Shown one piece after another: positions 1 to 11,295 of a stretch of DNA of 64,000 bases. The notes under the pieces were generated by a model. That model was not told where the DNA came from. It made no database searches and saw only the letters and a list, made by a program, of their open reading frames with translations. The stretch spans positions 1,502,094 to 1,566,093 of the forward strand of contig CAJINV010000010.1 in the NCBI GenBank assembly GCA_905178155.1. The letters are read 5' to 3'. The position numbers and the translations under genes were made by a program. This DNA is from Amoebophrya sp. A120 (lineage: Eukaryota; Protista; Dinoflagellata). The first letter of the stretch is position 1. Each line of letters opens with the position of its first letter.

Positions 1-3000
1 AACAGGAGGAGGAACTGAAGAGCATTCTCGACGAATTTCTCAAAAAGCAAAGCACGGAGAAAGCCGAGTTCGAAGCGAGATTGAAAAAGCTGAAGCAATT
101 GAAATCATCCGCGGAAGAGGATTTGAAGCTGCAAGAAAGGGCGAAAAAGCGACGCAAGCTGCAGAAGCAGGTGAATTTACTTGTGGAGAGGGAGAGGAGT
201 GGCTTGGAAGAAGAGAAGGCGAAAGAGGAGGAGCAGCTGAAAGTTGAATTGGCAGAACTAGAGAAGGAATGGGAGGAGAAAGTTAGGGTTCTTGCAAGTA
301 GTGAAGACGCAGCTGGAAACAAGGAAATCCAAAGCGGTGAACAACAAACTGCTGCTGCTGCTGTCTTGGAGGCCTTGCAAGACAAACTACTCTCCTTGCA
401 GAGCGAGGTCGACAGTTTGAAAAAACAAAAGGAGGCGCTAGAAACCGAGTTAGTAGAGAAGCAGTCTGGCATCGCGACATTGGAAGAGGAAAAGAAGTGC
501 AAAAGTGCAGCTGGCGAAACAGAACAATCGGGACCTCCAGCTGCCCCACCTCCACCACCACCTCCCCTCCACACAACATCTTCCACAGACAAGAAGGCAG
601 AGGAAAAACTAAACCAGCTCAAAACCGCAATAAACAAGTTGGCATTAACCGCGGAGGAAATTTCAGGGGCGACGGCGGATTCGCTTCTCGCTTTGTCCAA
701 CGAGTACGCCGATGTATTGGAGCAAGGTCTCTCTATTTCCGCAGCTGCGGCGGCCGCTGCAGAAACTACTACAGAATCCACTGCGTCCACCGGTACTAGA
801 AGTCAACCGCTAGATTTCGAATCCGCATCCGTCCACTCCCTCGAGCAAAAACTTCAAAAAGTCAACGACCAACTCGCGGACCAGGAGGAAATAACAGCCA
901 CGATTTCTGATTCCAACAAGGAGTTAAAAGATAGCCTTATCACGAGTACCAGCAACGAGCACAAGAAGCTCCTCGCCAAGCACGAACAGGAGCTCACCGA
1001 CACGGACACGCTGTTGAAGCAACTGGAGTTGGAAAACTTAAAACTCGCCGACCAGCTGAAGTCCATCGAGACGAATACGCATGAGAACAAATCGAAAATT
1101 TTCTCCGAATTGGAGGAAGAGATGAAAGAAATCAACAGGAAGAGATTACTTGTCGAAGAGGAGAAAAGACAGCTCACCGCTGAATTATCCGACCTCGACG
1201 AGAAAAAGCAAAATCTCAAGGACACCATGTCGAAGTTGAAGGAAGAAATGTCGGCGTCAAACCAGAATTTGGAGCAAAACCAAAAGGAAATGAACGAAAT
1301 GCAGGAGTCTCTGCAAACGGTGTCCATGCAAATTGAGCTGACGAAGCAGAATCTGAAATCTTTACAGGAGGAAGACAGGTTGGACTTGGAGATTTTGCAG
1401 AAGGAGTGCGGAGACGCCGAGGTGGTGGTCGAGGTGGATTTTGAATCTGGGTTGGAACCGGAGCTGGAGAGACTGATTGAAGAGGCGAAGCAGGGAGAAG
1501 AGAGCGGTAGGTCTGTACTGTACGATGGTTGAGAATGTGAATGTGATGCGTGATTTTGATCAAATTCAGTGTACTTTGTCCTTCAACACTCAGAATCCCC
1601 GCTTGTTTTGAATCCTTATTCTAGTACTAACGCCCCTTTCAGATATACACTTTCACTTTTTATTTTTCAATTTCGCAGGAGCCAGCGGCGCACCCAAATC
1701 CCCCACACGACCACCTTCCGGTATCAAATCTCCGAAGCAAAAAACGACGACAACCTGGTCCTACGTCTACCACAGCGGGCGAAGGAAGGGCTACTGGGTC
1801 ACCCAGGAGACGTTGGAAAGGAGCAAGATGGCCGCTGGAGACAGCGATGATAAATGTAAATCAGCGAAACCGAAGATGTTGACCAAGCGGCTCCACGAAG
1901 ACTTTGAGTCTGGGTTTAAGAAGCTGCAGGAGGAGGAGAAAACGGCAAAAGAGGTCACGACAAAGACGAATTCCGAGGTGGACACACTACAGGCAGTATC
2001 AAATGCAAAAATGTCTGAGTGTGGAAGATTGCCAGGTTTGTCATGCGTATTTTGCATGACCCGGGATGTCTGTAATGCATGACCCAGCAGCGCAGATTTT
2101 TAGAGGGCTTCCTGATGCCTATTCCGCATGAGAAATGGGTTTCACTGTCCACGGGTGGTGTTGCGGGTAATCCTGGCGAAAGCCAAAAACCGGCAGAAAA
2201 TGGGGCCACGGAAGAGCTCTTGCTGGACATTACCAACATTTGCCCATGCAGAGCCGTCCTCTTGCCGGACACAGCCAACATCTGTCCGAAACAGCCTAGG
2301 GCCAAGACGACACCGTGAGGACGACCACAGGGGGTTCGTCTCAATGAAATGAAATGTAGCACAAATCAGACTCCTCTTGCTGATCATGCAATACAGATTT
2401 TTTTAGAGTTCAGAGTTCGCATCACAATTTCCAACCTTTCAGACCCAGACATTTTTGCATTTGACAGGCGGAATTCCTGCAGTTCCGGCAAACGACCGCG
2501 ACAGCACTGCAGATCAACTCGAGCCTCCGTATGATTTTATCAAAATTGTACGCTGATCATCTTAATATGACTCGATTTGTTGCTCCTTTGATATGCTTGT
2601 GTTTGTGAATGCGATGAAGATTCGCAGCATGTAGTTGATGGGTGCAAGAAAGAACCTCCGCCGTTTAGAGAAATAAACACACAACATCACCCTTACTCCA
2701 GGCACCGCGCTCGAAGAGCAGGAAAAGCAGCAAACCCGGCTCCGGTACGATCTAGAATTACTCGAGATCGAGAAAGAGCAGGAAGTCAAACGGAAGGAGG
2801 AAAACGTGGACCAGCAGCAGCACTTACTCGACGAAAAATCGATAAAGGAGTCCGAGGAGCAAGAGCAGGATAGGATTTTAGAAAAATTAAAGTTCGACAT
2901 CCAAAACGAGGAGTTCCAATTGCACAAGGCCACCGCGAAGGGCGGGACGGGGAGCAGTGGTTCGAACGGCATGATCTCGACGGAACTGATGGATGAGGAG

Positions 3001-5207
3001 AAAAAAAAACGGGAAGTCACCAGGCTCCGGGAGGATTTGATCCCACCGTTAGAGTTGGCGGTGCAGGCGCTGCGCGGGGAAGTTCGAGAGCAGGAAGAAA
3101 GGAATTACCTCGCTGAAGAGCAGTTTGATTCCGATTTTGACGGGGACGATGATCTGGGGAGCTCCGCTGGACGGGGAGAGGGGCTGAATGAGGATATGGA
3201 AGGTAAAAAAATTATTCTTCTTTATTGTCTGTCCACATAATTAATAGGCGTCGGGGAATGTAATTACGGAGATGACTTTGAAATATTATTTGAAAACTGG
3301 TAACTCGCGCTTCGCGTTCGCTATTGCGGGTTTTCAATAACAAACGGATGCCCTTTTTTGCCCGAGTGCCTGTATTTAGCGGACCAATTCTGGTGACCCT
3401 GTTACGATTGCGCCGTCCATATTTCAATCGCGCGGCTAGCACAACTGGAAGTGCGCTCGGTCGAGCTCTCTCCACCCACATATCTCTACCGGGCCGATCT
3501 TGCCATGTGGTGTGTGTGTCTGCAGGCACTGAAAGAGACCAAGCATCGTCCAGCACCGGCGCTGCGATGCTTGAGAGAGGTCAGCAGCAGTGTGGGCTGG
3601 TGCTCTGAATGGCCACCCGACTGCCGGTCGGCGCCGACCGTGACTGAGAGGTCCGGGTCCGAATCCCGGAACGCGCATTTTTTTCTCAGCGATTCTGGAG
3701 ACCCTCTCCTCCGCTTTCCGGATGTTGCAGTGGTTCCCTTCGCTCAGTGGTACTAGGGCGCCTGCTCCACCCCCTGTTTCAACTATAAGAAATTGCAAAG
3801 TCCCCGGGGGTCGTGGGCGCGGGTTCGATCCCCACAGGGAGCGCTTTTTGCTGCGATCTTGTTTCCACAGAACAAATACAAGTGCCTTGAACTACTGGTG
3901 CCATGTGTTTTCAAGAGCCTGCCTCAGAGCATTGCTTTTCAGCGTAAATAGAATCATGCGAGTTGTTGTTTTGCCCGAATGTCTGTGTTTAGCACAGCAA
4001 TTCTGGTGACCCTCTCTTTGGCTTGCGCAGATGTATCACAAGTTCCCTTAGCTCAGTGGCAGAGCGCCCCCATCACTTGATTCAACTTTCGATTGAAAAG
4101 CAACTTCGGGGGTGGGCGCGGGTTCGATCCCCGCAGGGAACGCTCTTTGTTGTGATTTTTGCACAAGAAGTACGTTGAATTACTGCTGCCATGTGTTTCT
4201 ATGGACCTACCGAAGAGCATTGCATGCTTTTCAGCGTAATAACAGAGCGAGGAGGTGTTGTTTTTGCCCGAGTGTCTGTGTTTAGCACAGCAATTCTGGC
4301 GACCCTTTCTTTGGCTTACGCGGGCATATCAATAGTTCCCTTAGCTCAGTGGTAGAGCGCCCCCATCACTTTATTCGACTGCAATTCGAAAATGAACCTC
4401 GGGGGTGGGCGCGGGTTCGATCCCCGCAGGGAACGGCATTTTTGAATGTGTAGCAAGAGAAAGACACTGGGGTCGGTGTGTTGCATCACAAGAAGTTTGT
4501 AATTTTTTTTTTGCGATATTTATCTAAAACACGCTCTACCTACGACAGACAACAACTCCAATTCCGCTGGGCACAACTCCTCCATCGGGGACCGGCAATC
4601 CATGAAAACCATCACCGACATCCGCGAATCCGGCCTGTACCAAAACCACACGCTGCTTACCAACCGGAAGAAGAAGCTGCTGAATCGCCTGCCGATCCAG
4701 GCGTACACCCTGCACCCGGAGCAGGCGAACAGTGACATCTCGCAGTTGAAGCAGCAGGTAGAGTTGTTGGATAAAAAGCTTGTCGACCAGAGAAACAAAA
4801 TCCAGGAGCAATACAGCGAAATCATAGAGAACAAGAAGAAGTTCCGGCAGATTCAAGGATTGTATTTGACCCCTACAAAGGAGATGGAGTACGTTCAAAA
4901 CGTGTTCCGTCGGTTTATCGCGACCATGCCGCCGGACTCGCAGTGCAAATCGCTGCTGCCCGTCATGTACAAATTCTTCCAGATCGATCCACCACAACTA
5001 CAAGCGTCGGTCATGGGAACTGCGGGTGGAGGAGGAGTTGCTGCACAAGCACAAACTGCGCCCAGCGCTGCTGGGGCTGGCGGAACTGCGGCGGCTCCGA
5101 ATAGCGGCACCACGACGGCAACGACGACGCCGGTGGTCAGTACGGTGACGAGCGGAGAGGATGTTTTGATGAATTCCAGTGGAGGAGGCGAAGCGGCGAA
5201 GGTGTGA
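1..5207 (+). CDS. GRIP-domain golgin-like coiled-coil protein, 5' end outside window. Introns 1507-1678 (GT-AG), ~1996-2470 (introner), 2529-2701 (GT-AG), 3203-4548 (GT-AG, hosts tRNA-like cluster)
   Basis: E/K/Q/L-rich coiled-coil ORFs 81-1532, 1813-, 2806- and 4602-5207 join in frame with phase-matched splice sites. C-terminal EMEYVQNVFRRFI...LLPVMYKFFQI resembles the GRIP consensus (EYLKNV...LLPVI). Confidence 0.8.
1997..2466. mobile_element. Introner family A
   Basis: TIR TATCAAATGCAAAAATGTCTG / CAGACATTTTTGCATTTGACA; DR GGCAG/GGCGG. Confidence 0.85.
3355..3400 (+). promoter_or_regulatory. Conserved upstream element of tRNA-like gene 0 (TTTGCCCGAGTG..TTTAGC..AATTCTGGTGACCCT)
   Basis: Same motif precedes all four tRNA-like genes; GACCCT ends at 3400, 3705, 4013 and 4306, i.e. 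29, 27, 28 and 28 nt before G1. Confidence 0.65.
3430..3677 (+). ncRNA. tRNA-scaffolded structured RNA (248 nt) with a 177-nt insert in place of the anticodon loop; probable Pol III transcript
   Basis: 5' half GCGCGGC-TA-GCAC-AACTGGAA-GTGC-G-CTCGGTCG; 3' half TGACTGAG-AGGT-CCGGG-TCCGAAT-CCCGG-AACGCGC-A, followed by T7. Two acceptor mismatches and a TCC T-loop. The insert has several helices and no T4 run. Confidence 0.65.
3678..3684 (+). terminator. Pol III-type oligo-T terminator
   Basis: TTTTTTT immediately after the discriminator base of the 248-nt RNA; T5 runs also follow the copies ending at 3843 and 4435. Confidence 0.55.
3733..3843 (+). ncRNA. tRNA-like gene copy 1, degenerate, expanded anticodon region
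   Basis: Acceptor GTTCCCT/AGGGAGC, D arm GCTC..GGGC, T arm GCGGG-TTCGATC-CCCAC, T5 downstream; homologous to copies 2 and 3. Confidence 0.6.
4042..4142 (+). tRNA. tRNA-like gene copy 2 (101 nt), 36-nt anticodon region; nominal CAC anticodon with 29-nt intron, or extended arm with apical CT-TTC-GA loop
   Basis: Perfect acceptor GTTCCCT/AGGGAAC, D stem GCTC/GAGC, stem CCCCC/GGGGG, variable loop TGGGC, T arm GCGGG-TTCGATC-CCCGC, G73. Confidence 0.7.
4335..4435 (+). tRNA. tRNA-like gene copy 3 (101 nt), same body as copy 2, apical CT-GCA-AT loop
   Basis: Cloverleaf stems identical to copy 2; inner hairpin TTCGA/TCGAA; T5 at 4439-4443. Confidence 0.7.
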
Positions 5208-5924
5208 TGCAGTTGTGCAGCAGATGAGGTTTTTTGTTCCTCTTCGCATGCTATGTATGGCTATGGATAAAACAAACAACTCCGATTTTGTACCTGAACA
5301 CGGTTAAATCCTTTGAACGAACACGAAGAAGAAGTTCTTGAAGTACGGCACAGCTCTTTGTTGATCCCCCGGAGCACGACCGTTATGAAGTGCAGAAAGA
5401 TGTTGAGTCGCGAAAGATCAGTCCTCCAGATGAAACGTTCGACATGATGTTCTTCACATGTGCGACGTATTTTGACGCGGCCACGCGCAGATTGTCTTTT
5501 TGAGAAGAGCACAGCTTGGAGCGGCATCGTGCTGTAGTGTAGTAGGTAGGAACTGTGAATGCGAGTAGTCGTGCTGCACATGAAGATACTTCCATTTTGA
5601 AGATGAAGCTGCAGCGAGGTATCTTCTACAGAGTCACTCCGTAATTTCTGCAGCGTCGTGATGTAGAATTTCTATCTTTGAGTCAAATTGTTCTTGCTCA
5701 CACGTGTGTAAGTAGGTACCAGGTGCCTGTGATATAATAACGTAGTTACCTCCTGTTTCGGTATTGGTGCCAAAAAGAGCCTTAGCAAGAAAGGAATAGA
5801 CAAGAGCTTTTCCTCAAAGAACTTTTCAACGTATAGTACGGACACTTCATGACGCATTCTCTCAACATGGTGTGACTTCTCTAAAGTATTCAACCGCAAG
5901 GACAAAAACCAACCGCAGCCTCCC

Positions 5925-8900
5925 ATGGCAGCTGCCCTCGCCAGCCCCTCGTCCCCGTCCACCCCGGTGCACTACATGACCCGGGGCGCGACCTTCCCCA
6001 CCCCCGGCCGCCCGGACCACTTGCTCTCCTCCATCAGCCGGGACCTGGTAGATCCGAGTGTGTTGAGTTCTCCGGCGCCGAAGGGAGTTGTTGCATCATC
6101 GAGGACGAGGAGCAAGGATCATTTGCTTTTGCAGAATAACGATCCGAAAAGTATGAGGACCAGCACGAGGAGATCCGGGTCCCGGCCAGGTTCAAGAGGA
6201 GCTCAAGCTGAACTACTGGAACAAACAGCAACTAGACGTGGATCATCTTCCTCCGCGAGTAGACCCTCACGAGAGAGGGACTACGAGCAGACATCAGCTA
6301 GGCCGTCTGCCGCGGGATTGAAGAAGACAAGCAGTCGGTACTCCACTGCCGCCGGCCGAGATTCGGATCATATGAGAACAGAGCAAGAAAGACGATCCGG
6401 AGCATCGCAACAGCGCTCATCAAAAATGAAAAGTGTAGCAAAGACGAGTCAATCACGACCTAACACATCTACTTCCAACGCGAGGGTTTTATCGAGGAAA
6501 GAAAGCGCGGTTGCACCTGCAACCACAATGCAGAACGCGGCTGGGCGACGATCAGCAGCTTCGAAAAAAGCTACAGTGTCGGAGCGGTATTCGAAATACA
6601 GTGGGAGGCTAACAAGAAACGATGATCACGGTGGTGAATCAGCAGGCAGTGAAGATGCTAGCAGTTCGGAAGTAGCGCAGCAAGAGAGTTTCGAACAGGA
6701 GCACGATTCTACCATGCTGGAGGATGCTGGCGATCTCACGGTACAGGAGCAATTGGAAGCAGATGGCAGCGTCGTCGACGAAAACACTCTGTATGTACGC
6801 GACAGCAAAGGCCGTTTTGTCGAAGTAGAGGTCGCAGCTGCAGCTCCTACTACCGCGAGACCACAGAAGACCAGCAGATCGTCCGGAGCAAGTTGTAAAA
6901 GTGTGAACAAAATTTCAACTGTTTCTTCCAGCAGATCATCCCGTAGGTCCACCACTGCGACGACTCCAAGGACCGCATCTCACACCAGTCCCGCCGCGAC
7001 CACGCCGGGGACTGAAGTCGTGGAGGGGATGCTGGTCGTCCGTCCGTCTTCTAGTAGAAGAAGTGCTGCAGGAGCTGAAAGCAACAACAAGAACAGCAAA
7101 AAGCTTTCCTCCAAAGAATTCTTTGCGGAGACGGTGCAGAGAACGGTCTCCGCGATCAGCAACGCACTGGAGCAGTCGATTGCTGGGAAGGCGTATCAAA
7201 TGTAAAAATGTCTGGGTCTGGAAGAATGCAACTTGTCATGCTAAATCTGCAGCGTGCAAAAATCTGTGTTGCATGATTACCAAAAGCCGTCGAGTTTTGA
7301 CCAAGTCGGGAGGCAGTTTCTCATGCAGGATAGGCATGAGAAAGGTCGCCCAGAATCTGTCATGCTGGGCCCTCCATTCCAGACCTCATGGGTCATGGAA
7401 AAGCTGCATTACAAATCGCGCACTCTTCCAGACCCAGACACTTTTACGTTTGATACGGCGAGCGTCGTGAATGCTGGAGCTGGTTGTAGGGGGAGCGGCG
7501 TGTCAATTCCGTCTTCTGTCGCCCACCTGCCGGGAGAACAAATTCATCCGGGCAGTGCAGTAAGCAGGAGTTCTGTAAAGCCTCCGTCTTTCCGCGGATC
7601 TGTCATCCCAGCCGCTATGCCGGGCATGGAGGACGATGAAATGATCACCGGCGATTTTGGTGACATACAAAATTATGACCAGCGGCAGAGCGAGGTAGCT
7701 TTACCAAATGAAGAGGAAACCAGCTTCCTCTACGACAAAAGTGGCCGACCGGTGATGCCGTCACCTTTTGGTGCCTCTACTGCAGGCGCCACTTATTCTG
7801 CGCACGGCAATGGTGGTCGATCCAGTGCTGCAGCGGGCTTCCATCGAGATCTGGGCTCCACGGTTCGAAACTCGGTGGCCACATCAACTCCATCACCTCT
7901 AACAACCGGTGCCGCGGCTTCACTTTTCTCCGGACAGCAGCAGAAACGGTTGTCAGGACCGGGTAGTACAACTGCGCGAACGCTGAACCAACCGACAATG
8001 TTTGGAGCTGAACCGCAGGAACAGGAAAGCTTATTGACATCGATGATTGGAAGCCATCGCGTGCGGGGGTTCTACGGTAAAGTCATGATCGTGTTTGTGT
8101 TGATTGGTTGTCCTTCTTGTTTTGCATGACAAAGTTGAACGGTATTGCTTTCGGAGCATAACAAACTGAAACCGAGTGAAGATTTCCACACATGCCTATA
8201 GGTGAAGACGTCGACTGGTGCAAGCCATACTACATTGTGGATGAGGAAAGCTGCGCGACTAACATGCAGCCCCCGTCCCCCGTCCAGCTAGATTTCAATG
8301 CGAGCAATTTTGTGAAAAATGTGGAAAGTTATAGACAGAACCAGGATCATCTCCCTTTCACAAAAAGCTACACGACATTCACGACTTCCAGTAGGACGAA
8401 CCAACCGCAACAGCGGCAGCAGCAACACCAATCTGCGCCTTCGGTGAAGATGCACCCTCCGGCGCATGCGCAACCACCGCCGCCACAGCGGACCTGGTCG
8501 AGCCAGACACTGTTGGCAAGCAACACTCATTTCAACACGAATCTTGGTCAGCAGCAGGAAAACGAGATGTTGGTTGCGAACGATTTCAGTAGCAGAAACA
8601 GTGGCCAGGGTCAGAGTATGAATGTAAAAATCCCAACCCCACGCACCGTCTCCTTTGCGGAGCGACATCACAGTATTCTACCGGATAATTACGACCAGGA
8701 GAGCGGGAGCGGGAGCGGCTCCATGGACGGATTTAATATCTTCGACGAGGCCGAGCTGCAGGCGAGGATGCTGAAAAGGGACAGCATGGCCTTGAACAGT
8801 GGAAGATTGATGATGGCGTCGGCTGCGTCTACGTCTGGACCAGCTGTGTCGACTTCGACAACCACTTCTTCACGATCAAAGCTACCGAATAAAGCTTGTT

Positions 8901-10284
8901 CATCGTCTTCATCAAAGCGGAAAAAACGCGAGAAAACGGAAAAGCGACAGCACAGGAGAAAGAACAGAAAGCATCGCAGTTCTTCGAGAACAAGTTCGGG
9001 CTCTTCAACTTCGTATGAGGACGAAACGGACGATGGCAGTCGGAGAGGTACGAAACGCGGTGACAGCGACAGCGACGGTGGAAGATCGATGAATAAACCC
9101 ACTTTAACTCGGACAAAATCTTCCTTCAATAGTTCTTCGTCGAATCTGTTAAGTCAACAACAAAATCAGCAGCAGCAGCAGGAATTTCTTCAACAACAGC
9201 TCCCCCCGCAACGCCTCTCCACCCAGGATTTCCGGTCGCCCGCGAGTAGCTTTGGGGATGAAGAGCGGAAACTCATCGAGCATGGCGTAGTGAAGGAACC
9301 GAGTTTAATGGACGGGATGGGTATGCGATAGCAATACAAATTTCCCATATACGACGTACAGAATGCATGACAAATTTTGTCAACTTCGAGGATGTCACTT
9401 GTCATGCTGAATAGAATTGAAAGGAACTTTTGTCATGCAGAAGCCTTTGGTCATGCTTTTTGTATGCGAGGCGATGGGTTACCCGGTCGGCAGAGCCGAT
9501 CCACAACGAACGAAAGAAGCCGCATCTGTTTTAGTTTTTGTACGTGACCACGTCGTGTGCGGGAAGTTCTCTCTGCATAACAGTAGACTTACTGTTTGGC
9601 GGGAATGAGGAGGACGAAGGAGGTGATGACGGCTTGAAATTTTCTGCGCAAACAAACTCTACTTCAAAGAAAGCGCCTTCTTCCAGTAAAAACTCCGCGC
9701 TGAAGAAGCGAAAGCACGGCCAAGAACATCAACTCCAGCAAGGTCGTCAAAGTGGTCAAAATCGAAAGAATAAGTTCCGGAACAAGAGTTACAACCGAAC
9801 CAGTGCTAGTAGTCGTGCCGCAAGTAGGCGCAGAAGGAGACACAGATCCGGGGGAACGAGCGGAAGCTCGGTGTCGCAAAGGAGACCACGACGAAGAAGT
9901 ACAAACAGGGACGATAAAGACAAGGATCGAAGTGGCCGGAGAGGTGATAGGAAGAAGAAACACATCAAGACTGCACCTCCTTCGAGAAGACACCGGTCGG
10001 GCAGCACATCTGGGGACGGGGAAGTTGTAGAGGGTGAAGATTTGTTCGAACAAGATGCTGAGGCTCATAACGAAATCACGTCTAGTCGGGGAAGCTCGCG
10101 CTCCACATCAAGATCACGATCAGCCTCGTCACGAAGCGGCCACTCGTCGAAACGGTCCGATGAACGCGGGGGCGGTGGAGGAAGAAGGAAAAATCACAAG
10201 CGTTCGGACAGAGATCGGCATAAGAACAGAAAGAAAGCCAAGCGGAAGCAGGGCTCGCAGGAAGAGGAAGAGGATGAAGAGTGA
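5925..10284 (+). CDS. Large S/R/K-rich low-complexity protein of unknown function. Introns ~7193-7459 (introner), 8077-8201 (GT-AG), 9321-9583 (introner, GT-AG)
   Basis: ORFs 5925, 7254, 8192 and 9538 join in frame (GKA|SVVN, FYG|EDVDW, DGM|VDLLF). Confidence 0.7.
7194..7455. mobile_element. Introner family A
   Basis: TIR TATCAAATGTAAAAATGTCTGGGTCTGGAAGA; DR AGGCG/CGGCG. Confidence 0.88.
9322..9579. mobile_element. Introner family F, decayed DR, now GT-AG
   Basis: TATGC...GCATA ends; flanks ATGGG/ACAGT; ends related to 61780-61932. Confidence 0.65.
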
Positions 10285-11295
10285 GGACGGCGGGTTTGGC
10301 AACCACGCTGCTGGGCTTCATAATTTCTGAGGTCATTACACACACATGGAGCAAAGTGCCTTTCTTGCAGCTGATTCTTCTGTAGAACCAAAGAAGCCCG
10401 TGCTGTCTGTTTCGACGAACACTATGTTGACAAATTCGTTTCCGATTTAGAGGAATTCCTTTTCAAGAGAAAGACTAAGACCTGAGGTGAAGTTCCTCAT
10501 TGTCGAGTTTTTTCGGTATACAAATGAACACTAATAGCGATGAAGATGTTGTTGATGTCTGACTTCTGCTTTGTCAAGTCCTCAGCTATTTTTTCGTAGG
10601 TGGATCGACTTCAGTACGGAGTAAATCAAAATGAAGAAGTTGCCCAGCTAGAGAATAACAAACTCCGACTGGCACCCCGTTCAGTTGTGTCACCATGCAA
10701 GTGGCCTACTGGTGTTCCTTTACTTTGTTCTGCCCTAATGATGTTTAAGCGCAAGTAAAAATCGCAGTCAGCAGTGATTCGGTTCTTGTCATAATCGGTA
10801 GGATTTGTTTCGGTATCAAGAAGACCGTTCGTTTGGTCTTATGAGATGAAAGTGTAGCACTTTACCTACAAATTCACGACGACGAGTAGACAGCATTGAA
10901 TGTTGAACTTCATAGAGGTCCAGGTAGTTCTTCTTCTTCGTTTGAACAACTCAGAGTCCTCATGACATCGTGATGCAGAAACAATCCACAAAATTACTAG
11001 GCCTACGTAGAACTCCAGAGGAGTAATCGTAATTAGATCTGCGTCCTCGCAGCTACCCTCGGCAATTGGTGACTGCCGGATCAAGTGCTAGAACTAGTAG
11101 TGCATCACGATTTTACAACATGAAAAAGCAGAACGGCGCTGCGAAGTGAATGCACTGAGTAGAAGCTTAAACCTTTCCGGAGTATATGTAGCTCCTGTTG
11201 GCTTATTTTCACTTATTCAGCTGTTGGAACTGACTCCGCCTCCAATTATCGGCCCCCGTAGCTAGTTGTGCAACAGCACATCAAAAATCACGATC

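Noticed and set aside
1955-2534. Short ORFs with recurring peptides such as PDPDIFAFD, KICIA, YDTFAQD
   Set aside because: These are translations of introner TIRs and internal motifs, not proteins.
3529-3590. Hammerhead ribozyme in the insert
   Set aside because: CTGAAAGA does not fit CTGANGA and no GAAA follows the hairpin.
4042-4435. Confident tRNA-Val(CAC) call
   Set aside because: The spliced loop would have A32 and U37, and the discriminator is G73, all atypical for Val; identity left open.
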